Positions 48,829 to 57,324 of a stretch of DNA of 64,000 nt are shown here, one piece after another. The position numbers were made by a program, and so were the translations under genes. How positions within the stretch are numbered: position 1 is the first letter of the stretch; the number at the start of each line of letters is the position of its first letter. Origin of the DNA: Flavobacteriales bacterium (GTDB lineage: Bacteria; Bacteroidota; Bacteroidia; Flavobacteriales_D; CAJJDF01); NCBI GenBank assembly GCA_965655625.1, contig CBFHHA010000008.1, positions 3,742-67,741 on the forward strand, written 5' to 3'. The notes under the pieces are model-generated. The model ran no database searches. It had not been told where the DNA came from and worked only from the letters and a program-made list of their open reading frames with translations.

Positions 48829-49812
48829 ATGAAACAAAAATTATTTACTTTATTATTGGTAACACTTTTCTTTATAAACAAAGGTAAAGCTCAATATTCA
48901 ACGAGTTATATTTCATATGAGTATACTGAAATTATGGCTTATTCAATAGAAATAACTTATTCTTCTTCAAATGGATATTATCAACCATATTCTCCTTATG
49001 TTTCTTATGGTAATGCTTTGGCAACTATGCAGGCAAGATATGATAAAAACCATGCAATTATCTCAAAAGAATGGGGTAAGCTTTTGAGTTTAAACTTAAT
49101 CAATATTCATAACAAAGCAACATTAAAGCACCATCAAGAGGAGATTAGTGCAAAAGTGAAAATGAATTGTAAAGGAGATTTAGGAAATCAGGCGTATGCA
49201 GATTCATGGATAGATTATGTTACTCAAACATTTAGAATTCAATCGATTAAAGATGAAATATTAGTACTACAAAGTTGCCAAAGTGAATTAAATCGAATAA
49301 AATATAAAGACCCCGATAATTATATTTATTCTAAAAGGTATAAATCCATTTTGAAAACACTTGAATTATTAAAAAATTGTAGTTCTTCTAAAATAAAATA
49401 TCTGAGTTGGGAAAAAACAGAACTTGAAAATAAGGAAATATATAATTACTCAAGTACTAAAGCCAACTTAAATTATTCTTACACAAGTAATTCTCAAAAA
49501 CTCAAAATAGTAAATATTTCAAAACTATCAAAATATACTGTTATTTCTTTGCAATATGATAACATTCAACTTTGCTCTGATTGCTGGATAAATTATTCAC
49601 CAAAAACATATTTAGAACAGAATGGAAAAAAATATTATCTAAAAAAGGTTGAAGGCATTCCTTTAAGTCCTAATAAATACTATTTTAAAACTAAGAGTAT
49701 TTTGTCTTTTGATCTTTACTTTGATAAATCAATTAATCTAAATGAGAAATTTGATTTGATTGAAACCCAAGGAAGTACTACCGCTTTTAATGTCTATAAT
49801 ATATCAAAATAA
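48829..49812 (+). CDS. Secreted protein of unknown function
   Basis: Signal peptide MKQKLFTLLLVTLFFINKGKAQ; 327 aa; no family recognised. Confidence 0.5.
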   Translation: MKQKLFTLLLVTLFFINKGKAQYSTSYISYEYTEIMAYSIEITYSSSNGYYQPYSPYVSYGNALATMQARYDKNHAIISKEWGKLLSLNLINIHNKATLKHHQEEISAKVKMNCKGDLGNQAYADSWIDYVTQTFRIQSIKDEILVLQSCQSELNRIKYKDPDNYIYSKRYKSILKTLELLKNCSSSKIKYLSWEKTELENKEIYNYSSTKANLNYSYTSNSQKLKIVNISKLSKYTVISLQYDNIQLCSDCWINYSPKTYLEQNGKKYYLKKVEGIPLSPNKYYFKTKSILSFDLYFDKSINLNEKFDLIETQGSTTAFNVYNISK

Positions 49813-49838
49813 AATATTGTGTACACAAAAGCAATTTC

Positions 49839-49989
49839 GGTTCTGTCGCATTAATTATTTTTCGACCATTTTTCATCAAATTCTTTGAATGTTTAAAAAG
49901 TTATCGCACATTAGTTCAACGGTTTATGATTTTTTGTTTTGTATGAATTATGCTTCAAATAGTGATTGTTTAGTTAATGCGACAGAACC
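49839..49989. mobile_element. 151-bp MITE-like unit
   Basis: GGTTCTGTCGCATTAATTATTTTT ... TAGTTAATGCGACAGAACC. Confidence 0.7.
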
Positions 49990-50134
49990 CTCGATTACTA
50001 TCAATAGACCTTAGTAGTACTGAATTAACACTATCTAATTTATTAGTTAGTGTTTCTATTTGTTGTTTCTTGCTTTGAGAAAAGGAGATGCTTACACAAA
50101 TAAGCAATAAAAAGACGGTAATTAATTTTTTCAT
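49990..50134 (-). pseudogene. Truncated 5' fragment (48 codons) of a paralogue of 50274..51080
   Basis: MKKLITVFLLLICVSISFSQSKKQQIETLTNKLDSVNSVLLRSIDSNR aligns with MKKLITVSLLFICVSISFSQSKKKQIETLTYKLDSINSLLLKAIDSNR. Homology stops exactly at the MITE terminus at 49989. Confidence 0.75.
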
Positions 50135-50273
50135 AATCATAGTTAAAATTTATTGAAAAATATCAGTAAATTATTTTAGTCAAGGTTCATTCTCATTAAG
50201 TAATAAAAACACCTTGTTGATGTTAACAAATAATATCAGCGAACGTTTTAATGCCGTCTATTTGTAAAAGCTT

Positions 50274-51080
50274 TTATTTGTTTACACTACCTATAGCCTT
50301 ATAAAAATCTTTTTCGTTGAATTTCTCTAATCCTTCATATTCGGCAACTTCCATTTTTTTTACTTTGTTGTCTTTCCACTTATTTATTATTAAATCACCA
50401 TAGTTTATGTTGATCGATAAATTTTCTGAATTTTGAAATGTACCCAATTCATAAATGGAGTATTCAACTGTTGTAGACACCTCAATAAATTTATCATCAG
50501 ATTCAATTAAATCAATACTTACTAACATTATATTATATCTATCATGGTAATCACCCGTTAAATTTAATACCCGTTCTTTCGAATAGATTGAGCGGCAATC
50601 TATAAAATCATTTATTATAGCTGTATTAAATTTTACTCCTCCTTCTATATAGTGTTTTTCATTTAATTCAGGCGACAATTCAAGTGAAGAATAAAATTTA
50701 GAAACAAATGCCTTTATTTTGCCTTCATCAACTTGAGTTTTTAGTATTTCTATACTATCAGATTTTAATATTAAATCAGCAACTACTAATTGGTAGTCTT
50801 GCTCCAAAGACTTAACTTCCTTTGTTAAAGATTCTATTTTCTCATTGTTCAAGCTTATTTCACCATTTTTTGATGCATTCTCTTTTTTCAATAAGCTAAT
50901 TTTAGATTCAAGAGCTATTTTAGTTGTATTAAGTTCTCGATTACTATCAATAGCCTTTAGTAGTAATGAGTTAATACTATCTAACTTATAAGTTAGAGTT
51001 TCTATTTGTTTTTTCTTGCTTTGAGAAAAGGAGATGCTTACACAAATAAACAATAAAGAGACGGTGATTAATTTTTTCAT
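50274..51080 (-). CDS. Exported coiled-coil protein of unknown function
   Basis: The likely start is MKKLITVSLLFICVSISFSQ (ATG at 51080); the track start at 51140 adds 20 aa before the signal peptide. Confidence 0.6.
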   Translation of the reverse strand: MKKLITVSLLFICVSISFSQSKKKQIETLTYKLDSINSLLLKAIDSNRELNTTKIALESKISLLKKENASKNGEISLNNEKIESLTKEVKSLEQDYQLVVADLILKSDSIEILKTQVDEGKIKAFVSKFYSSLELSPELNEKHYIEGGVKFNTAIINDFIDCRSIYSKERVLNLTGDYHDRYNIMLVSIDLIESDDKFIEVSTTVEYSIYELGTFQNSENLSININYGDLIINKWKDNKVKKMEVAEYEGLEKFNEKDFYKAIGSVNK

Positions 51081-51348
51081 AATTGTTTTTTTAAAATTAA
51101 AGAAATTATTTTGTTTACCAAAGATTAACGCCTCAAACACGTAAAGATTTAAATAACAGTTTTATAATCTTAAACAATTAAAAAAGTTACACTATAAAAA
51201 AGGACACTATAAAAAAAGGATGCAATAAATTAGTTAACAGAATTAAACTAAAAAAAGGAGGGTAAAATTAGAGTGCTGTTCAATAGTTGTTCAAGTTCTA
51301 AACTAAAAAAACCTCAATTCACTAATAATTAGTAGATTGAGGTTTTCA

Positions 51349-51372
51349 TTAGTACTCGAGACGGGACTTGAA
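51349..51372. repeat. attR: 24-bp repeat overlapping the 3' end of tRNA-Leu
   Basis: Identical to 44237-44260. Confidence 0.9.
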
Positions 51373-51436
51373 CCCGTACGTCCCAGAGGACACAAGATTT
51401 TAAGTCTTGCGTGTCTACCAATTCCACCACTCGAGC
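51353..51436 (-). tRNA. tRNA-Leu (anticodon UAA)
   Basis: Hand-folded. Acceptor GCTCGAG/CTCGAGT, D-arm GTGG..CAC, anticodon stem CAAGA/TCTTG with loop CTTAAAA, long variable arm, T-arm ACGGG-TTCAAGT-CCCGT. 84 nt; CCA is not encoded. Confidence 0.85.
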
Positions 51437-51522
51437 ATCTCTAGTCCCGAATAATCGGGGCTAGATTCACAATACTTCTGCCGACATGCAGAAGCTGTGG
51501 TTTGGCATCTTAAATATATAAG

Positions 51523-51594
51523 AGCGAAAGACGGGATTCAAACCCGCGACCCTCACCTTGGCAAGGTGATGCTCTATCACTGAGCTACTTTCGC
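51523..51594 (-). tRNA. tRNA-Gly (anticodon GCC)
   Basis: Hand-folded. Acceptor GCGAAAG/CTTTCGC, D-arm GCTC..GAGC, anticodon stem TCACC/GGTGA with loop TTGCCAA, T-arm GCGGG-TTTGAAT-CCCGT. 72 nt. Confidence 0.85.
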
Positions 51595-51657
51595 TTTTTT
51601 CGCTTTGAACGGATGCAAAACTACACATTTTTTCTATTTATAAAAAAATTGTGAGTA

Positions 51658-52929
51658 TTATTTCTTGTATTCTGTGATTGTTTTTTTAATTATATCTATA
51701 CACTCCATCAATTGGTCTTTAGAAATAACTAAAGGTGGAGCAAAACGAATAATATTTCCATGAGTCGGTTTAGCTAACAGTCCATTGTCACTTAGTTTCA
51801 TACAAATATTCCAGGCTGTTTGACTAGTTTCGGTATCGTTAATAACGATTGCATTCAACAATCCTTTACCTCTCACTAGTGTTACAAGATTGTTTGTAGC
51901 AATAAACTTTTCCAGCTCCGATCTAAAAATATTTCCTAACTCAAAAGCTCGTTCTGATAGTTTTTCTTCTTTTACCACTTCCAAAGCTGCAACTGCAACT
52001 TCACACGCCAAAGGATTTCCTCCATAGGTCGAACCATGTTCTCCCGGCTTAATAGACAGCATCACTTCATCATCTGCCAACACAGCCGAAACAGGCATCG
52101 CTCCTCCAGACAAGGCTTTTCCTAAAATTAAAATATCTGCGCGTGTTTGTTTTTTATCTTCACAAAAACTAGAGCAGTTACAATTTCCACAAGTAGCCAA
52201 TAATTTTCCTGTTCGTGCAATCCCTGTTTGAACTTCATCGGCAATAAACAAGGCTTCGTTGTCTTTACAAATTTGGTAACAATCACTTAGGTAATTTTCA
52301 TCGGGAACTACTACTCCGGCTTCTCCTTGAATAGGCTCTACCATGAACCCTACCACATTCGAGTTATTAGCAAAGGCGTCTTTCAGAGCGTTCACATCGT
52401 TGTAAGGAACTCTAATAAAACCTGGTGTAAATGGGCCAAAACCGGTGTAGGAATCTGGATCACTTGAAAAAGAAACGATAGTAGTTGTACGACCATGAAA
52501 GTTTTGATCACATACAATTATTTGTGCCTGATTCTCAGGAATATTCTTGTGGGTGTAAGCCCATTTTCTAGCCAATTTAATGGCTGTCTCCACAGCCTCG
52601 GCGCCAGTGTTCATTGGCAAAACCTTGTCATACCCGAAATACTCGCTCATGTATTTGGAAAACTTCCCCAACGAAGTATTGTAAAAAGCTCTAGAAGTAA
52701 GGGTTAGTTTTTGGGCCTGATCTACTAATACTTTTGTGATTTTTGGGTGACAATGCCCTTGATTTACAGCAGAATACGCTGATAAAAAATCAAAATACTT
52801 TTTACCCTCTGCATCCCATACAAATACTCCTTCACCTTTATCCAACACTACAGGAAGCGGGTGATAGTTATGAGCTCCATATTTATCTTCTAAAGAAATT
52901 GACTCTGCTGATGTTATTGTTTTATTCAT
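51658..52929 (-). CDS. rocD: Ornithine--oxo-acid aminotransferase
   Basis: [43 protein letters not shown] and the [11 protein letters not shown]-lysine motif; class-III aminotransferase length. Confidence 0.9.
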   Translation of the reverse strand: MNKTITSAESISLEDKYGAHNYHPLPVVLDKGEGVFVWDAEGKKYFDFLSAYSAVNQGHCHPKITKVLVDQAQKLTLTSRAFYNTSLGKFSKYMSEYFGYDKVLPMNTGAEAVETAIKLARKWAYTHKNIPENQAQIIVCDQNFHGRTTTIVSFSSDPDSYTGFGPFTPGFIRVPYNDVNALKDAFANNSNVVGFMVEPIQGEAGVVVPDENYLSDCYQICKDNEALFIADEVQTGIARTGKLLATCGNCNCSSFCEDKKQTRADILILGKALSGGAMPVSAVLADDEVMLSIKPGEHGSTYGGNPLACEVAVAALEVVKEEKLSERAFELGNIFRSELEKFIATNNLVTLVRGKGLLNAIVINDTETSQTAWNICMKLSDNGLLAKPTHGNIIRFAPPLVISKDQLMECIDIIKKTITEYKK

Positions 52930-53357
52930 AATATGAATTAATTCGAAATTTGATTAGGAATCTAAAGTATAAAAATCCCAAAGAACAATCAAACATACGA
53001 ACCATTATCCCAAAAAATGCCGCCTCAAAATAATGAGGCGGCATTTTTTATTTTTGTTAGATAGTAATGTTTTCTATGATTCAGATTTTTAAAGTTTTTA
53101 AACCAAAAATCCTTTCCAAAAGTATTTCCTTTTATGAGTTTCCAACGAAGAGATAGTTTTATTCTGCTTAAGATGCAGGTTTCCTTTATTTAAATGCATA
53201 TCATACCCTTACTTCATTTAACAAAACAATGATTTAGAAGAAGATAATAAACTTTAATTACCTGCAAACAACACAATTCACTCTATAAATTTGGTCTGTT
53301 TTATGTGAAAACGATAAAGCAATTTAGTAGATACTAAAATTTTCACTACATTCAAGA

Positions 53358-54260
53358 ATGAAAGCATTAGTCATCTCGGGAGGAGGTAGCAAAGGGGCTT
53401 TTGCCGGAGGCATAGCTCAATACCTCATTGAAGAAAAGCAGCAAAAGTATGACATTTTTGTAGGCTCTTCTACCGGCAGTTTATTGGTTCCTTTATTGGC
53501 CTCTAACAATGTCCTGAAAGCAAAAAAAGTATATACTGAAATAAAAAATTCGGATATTTTTTCTCTAAGTCCATACAAACTAAAAAAAAGAAGGGGAATA
53601 GAATTTATTCGAATGCATCACTTAAATGTTTTAAGGTCGTTTTTGCGAGGCAATAAAACATTTGGCTCCTCCAAAAACCTTAGAAAAACCATTGAACAAA
53701 ATTTTTCTAAAACCGACTTTGATTTCATCAGACAGAAAAAAATCGATGTCGTAGTTACCGTCTCTAATTTATCTACTCAAGAACTTGAGTACAAATCTAT
53801 TCACGATTATTCCTACAGTGATTTTTGTGATTGGATTTGGGCGTCTGCTAACTTTGTTCCTTTCATGAGTTTGATGATAAAAAACAACATGGAATATGGA
53901 GATGGAGGATTTGGAAACAATATTCCTGTACAAGCAGCTATTGATGCTGGAGCTACAGAAGTTGATGTAATTATTCTTGATCCGATAAATCGACTAACTA
54001 ACAAAATAAAATCAACTAACGCCTTTGATTTAACTTTTAAATTACTGGACTACTTACTGGAACAAAACAACCAAAGTAAGCTGGAAATTTCGAAACTAAA
54101 AGCTCAGTACAAAAAAGTAAAAATCAATCGATTTCACACCCCAACCCAACTGACAGAAAACTCACTTATTTTCAATCAAAAAAAGATGAAAAAATGGTGG
54201 GCAGAAGGGTATCAATTTGCTAAAAAACAAGGGCCAAAAAAAGCAACCATTATCCCATAA
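53358..54260 (+). CDS. Patatin-like phospholipase
   Basis: Oxyanion GGGSKGAFAGG, nucleophile elbow GSSTGS (GxSxG) and the catalytic Asp in YGDGGFGNN. Confidence 0.85.
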   Translation: MKALVISGGGSKGAFAGGIAQYLIEEKQQKYDIFVGSSTGSLLVPLLASNNVLKAKKVYTEIKNSDIFSLSPYKLKKRRGIEFIRMHHLNVLRSFLRGNKTFGSSKNLRKTIEQNFSKTDFDFIRQKKIDVVVTVSNLSTQELEYKSIHDYSYSDFCDWIWASANFVPFMSLMIKNNMEYGDGGFGNNIPVQAAIDAGATEVDVIILDPINRLTNKIKSTNAFDLTFKLLDYLLEQNNQSKLEISKLKAQYKKVKINRFHTPTQLTENSLIFNQKKMKKWWAEGYQFAKKQGPKKATIIP

Positions 54261-54383
54261 ATCGACATATATTTTTATTCAAAAGAGATTGTTAACATAA
54301 ATAACACATTTATACTTCGAAGTGTATTGATAAAATTGTATTTTTGAGAAATTCCAATACATTTACCACCAACCAAAAACCTT

Positions 54384-56651
54384 ATGGGATATCTTGACGA
54401 GCTAAACAGTCAACAATACGAGGCCGTGACCAACACCGAAGGTCCGTGCATGGTAATTGCTGGAGCTGGCTCAGGAAAAACGAGAGTTCTTACCTACAGA
54501 ATTGCCCATTTGATTGAGAAAGGCGTGGACCCTTTCAGCATTCTTTCTTTAACTTTTACCAATAAAGCGGCCAAAGAAATGAAAGAACGTATCTCAAAAA
54601 TAATTGGTGGAAATGAAGCAAAAAACTTGTGGATGGGAACTTTTCACTCGGTTTTTGCTCGAATCCTAAGAACGGAAGCTGAAATAATCGGCTACCCCAA
54701 AAACTTTACCATTTACGATACCCAAGACTCAAAAAATCTGCTGAAATCAATCGTAAAGGAAATGGGACTAGATGAAAAACTATACAAACCTGGAGTGGTT
54801 TATGGTAGAATTTCATCTGCAAAAAATAATTTAATTTCTGCGGATAGCTACCTGCAAAACGTCACCATTATGGCTGACGACCGAAGCGCTGGCCGCCCAC
54901 GAATTGGTGAAATATATAAAATCTACCAACGAAGATGCTTCAAAGCTGGAGCCATGGATTTTGATGATTTGTTATACAAAACCAACGTATTGTTTCGCGA
55001 CCATCTGGAGGTATTGTACAAATACCAGCATAGGTTTAAGTACCTGCTTGTGGATGAGTACCAAGACACTAACTACTCTCAATATTTGATTGTAAAAAAA
55101 TTGGCCTCCGCGACTGAAAATTTAGTTGTTGTTGGAGATGACGCCCAAAGTATTTATGCTTTTAGGGGAGCAAACATTCAAAACATATTAAATTTCAAAA
55201 AAGATTACCCTGATTATAAATTATTCAAACTAGAGCAAAACTACCGATCTACGAAAGTCATTGTGCAGGCTGCCAATAGTATCATAAAAAAGAACAAAGA
55301 CCAAATTGAAAAAAAGGTTTGGACTGATAACGACCAAGGTGATAAAATAAAAATAGTGCGAACATTGTCCGACAATGAAGAGGGCAAAGTAACCGCACAT
55401 TCAATTTTTGACATCAAGCAGAATAATGCAGCCGCAAACAGTGATTTTGCTATCCTTTACAGAACCAATGCTCAATCACGTTCGTTTGAAGAAGCATTAA
55501 GAAGACTGAATATTCCCTACAGAATATATGGCGGACTCTCTTTTTACCAGCGGAAAGAAATAAAAGACCTCCTCTCCTATTTCAGATTGATTGCCAATCA
55601 CAATGATGAAGAAGCATTCAAAAGAGTAATAAACTACCCAAAAAGAGGAATAGGAAAAACAAGTATTGAGTCCCTTACCATTGTCTCTAATGAGGAAAAT
55701 AAAACCTTGTGGGAGGTAGCTAATAATTTGGCAGGCAATGGAGTTAAAATAAACTCGGGTACTCAACGAAAAATAACAGATTTCTGTACAATGATACAGA
55801 GTTTCAGTGTGAGGCTGGACAAAGAAAATGCTTTCGATTTAGCAAAAGAAATCGCTACTTCAACAGGCATCATGCGTGATTTACATGCCGACAAAACTCC
55901 AGAAGGAGTAAGTAGATATGACAACATTCAGGAGTTACTGAACGGAATCTCTGAGTTTGTAGCAAAAAATCAAACGGAAGAAAATCTTCCTACATTAAGT
56001 GACTTCTTATTGGATGTTGCCTTATTGACCGATGCCGACAACGATGATAAAGAAGACAACAATAAGGTGGTAATGATGACAATTCATGCTGCAAAAGGAC
56101 TGGAGTTCCCTTACGTTTACATTGTAGGAATGGAAGAGAATTTATTCCCTTCTCAGATGTCGTTGACTACACGAAACGACTTGGAAGAAGAACGAAGACT
56201 TTTTTATGTAGCGCTAACTAGAGCAGAAAAGAAAGCTACACTCTCTTATGCTACTAGCCGCTACAGATGGGGAAGTTTAATCTCATGTGAACCCAGTAGA
56301 TTTTTAGAAGAAATAGACGAAGAATTTATAGATGAAGAAACTCCCATGCCTAGCGCACCCTTAAGATCTTCTGTAGATAGAAAGGCTGGATTTGAAATGA
56401 AGTTTAACAAACCCATGCAGGAAAAACAACTTAGCCAAATGAAAAAAGTTTCTTCTGCTGCCACTGCAGGTGGCGGATCAGACAATAAAGAAATCGTGGT
56501 TGGAGTGAATGTACGCCATGCAAAATTTGGAAAAGGAAAGATAATAAACATAGAAGGAGCTCACCCGAATAGAAAGGCAACTGCCTTTTTCCCTTCGGTT
56601 GGGCAAAAACAGCTTTTGCTGAAATTCGCCAAGCTAGAAATAATTGATTAA
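54384..56651 (+). CDS. uvrD: ATP-dependent DNA helicase, UvrD/PcrA/Rep family
   Basis: LNSQQYEAV, AGAGSGKTRVLTYRIAHL, LVDEYQDTN, VGDDAQSIYAFRGA, TIHAAKGLEF and LFYVALTRA. Confidence 0.9.
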   Translation: MGYLDELNSQQYEAVTNTEGPCMVIAGAGSGKTRVLTYRIAHLIEKGVDPFSILSLTFTNKAAKEMKERISKIIGGNEAKNLWMGTFHSVFARILRTEAEIIGYPKNFTIYDTQDSKNLLKSIVKEMGLDEKLYKPGVVYGRISSAKNNLISADSYLQNVTIMADDRSAGRPRIGEIYKIYQRRCFKAGAMDFDDLLYKTNVLFRDHLEVLYKYQHRFKYLLVDEYQDTNYSQYLIVKKLASATENLVVVGDDAQSIYAFRGANIQNILNFKKDYPDYKLFKLEQNYRSTKVIVQAANSIIKKNKDQIEKKVWTDNDQGDKIKIVRTLSDNEEGKVTAHSIFDIKQNNAAANSDFAILYRTNAQSRSFEEALRRLNIPYRIYGGLSFYQRKEIKDLLSYFRLIANHNDEEAFKRVINYPKRGIGKTSIESLTIVSNEENKTLWEVANNLAGNGVKINSGTQRKITDFCTMIQSFSVRLDKENAFDLAKEIATSTGIMRDLHADKTPEGVSRYDNIQELLNGISEFVAKNQTEENLPTLSDFLLDVALLTDADNDDKEDNNKVVMMTIHAAKGLEFPYVYIVGMEENLFPSQMSLTTRNDLEEERRLFYVALTRAEKKATLSYATSRYRWGSLISCEPSRFLEEIDEEFIDEETPMPSAPLRSSVDRKAGFEMKFNKPMQEKQLSQMKKVSSAATAGGGSDNKEIVVGVNVRHAKFGKGKIINIEGAHPNRKATAFFPSVGQKQLLLKFAKLEIID

Positions 56652-56662
56652 AAACAACATAT

Positions 56663-57319
56663 ATGTCAGAAGGACTAGAATATAATACTTCGAGAGAAGA
56701 ACTAAAGATACCGGAGTACGGAAGAAATGTGAGAAACATGGTAGAATATGCCATCAGTGTAAGCGACCGGGAAGAAAGACAAAAGGTTGCAAATGCCATT
56801 ATATCTGTAATGGGACAACTAAATCCTCATCTCCGTGATATTACTGATTTTACCCACAAACTTTGGGATCATTTATTTATAATTTCTGAGAACAAACTGG
56901 ACGTAGATTCTCCCTATCCAAAACCAGAATTGGAAGAAGCCACCAGAAAGCCAGAAAAAATGAATTACTCTGAAGGGAAAAGAAAAATCAAATACGCCTA
57001 CTACGGTAAAACTGTTTCCCTATTTATAAGAGAAGCTATTTCCAAAGAAGATGAAAAGGAAAAAGAAATTTTGGTGGAGGCAATTGCCAACTTAATGAAA
57101 AAACTTTTTATTACCTGGAACAAAGACTTTGTAGAAGACGAGGTTATCTGGAGACATCTTGATGAATTATCAAATGGAAAACTAATACCTAACAAAGAAA
57201 AACCACTTACTTCTGTTGAAGAATTGGCTAAATCGATACCAAAGGTAAAGCCAATGAAAAACAACAGAAAAAAAGGTAAAAAACAAACAAACGGGAAACA
57301 TAGATTTTCAAAAAAATAA
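56663..57319 (+). CDS. DUF4290 family protein
   Basis: LEYNTSREELKIPEYGRNVRNMVEYA... is the typical DUF4290 N-terminus. The position immediately upstream of murA is conserved in Bacteroidota. Confidence 0.75.
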   Translation: MSEGLEYNTSREELKIPEYGRNVRNMVEYAISVSDREERQKVANAIISVMGQLNPHLRDITDFTHKLWDHLFIISENKLDVDSPYPKPELEEATRKPEKMNYSEGKRKIKYAYYGKTVSLFIREAISKEDEKEKEILVEAIANLMKKLFITWNKDFVEDEVIWRHLDELSNGKLIPNKEKPLTSVEELAKSIPKVKPMKNNRKKGKKQTNGKHRFSKK

Positions 57320-57324
57320 AAAAT

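Larger units (their letters stand above)
44237..51372. mobile_element. About 7.1-kb integrative element inserted at the 3' end of tRNA-Leu(UAA)
   Basis: It is flanked by perfect 24-bp direct repeats. A tyrosine integrase sits next to attL, and there is an excisionase-like HTH and a Rep-like gene. CTGTTCAA-type repeats lie near both ends (44393-44414 and 51276-51295). Confidence 0.75.

Noticed and set aside
30156-49989. Whether the GGTTCTGTCGCAT repeats could be a CRISPR array or the 151-bp units CRISPR-like
   Set aside because: The copies are in both orientations, irregularly spaced (from 56 bp to 12.9 kb) and form inverted pairs. There are no uniform spacers and no cas genes.
30574-49997. 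8-bp target-site duplications flanking each 151-bp unit
   Set aside because: I compared the 8 nt on each side of all three units (cttatcct/ttaaacgg, aaaaaatt/tagaaaag, gcaatttc/ctcgatta) and found none. They are therefore not claimed as simple recent transposition events.
51437-51522. Two hairpins between tRNA-Gly and tRNA-Leu (TAGTCCCGA..TCGGGGCTA and CTTCTGC..GCAGAAG), considered as a small RNA
   Set aside because: They are most simply processing or spacer structure of a tRNA-Gly/tRNA-Leu co-transcript, and nothing else supports a separate gene.
53012-53050. Strong hairpin with flanking A- and T-runs (ATGCCGCCTCA..TGAGGCGGCAT) in the divergent rocD/patatin intergenic region, considered as an attenuator or riboswitch terminator
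   Set aside because: No upstream conserved leader or alternative antiterminator pairing could be identified by eye. It may be a remnant bidirectional terminator, and the evidence is insufficient for a regulatory call.
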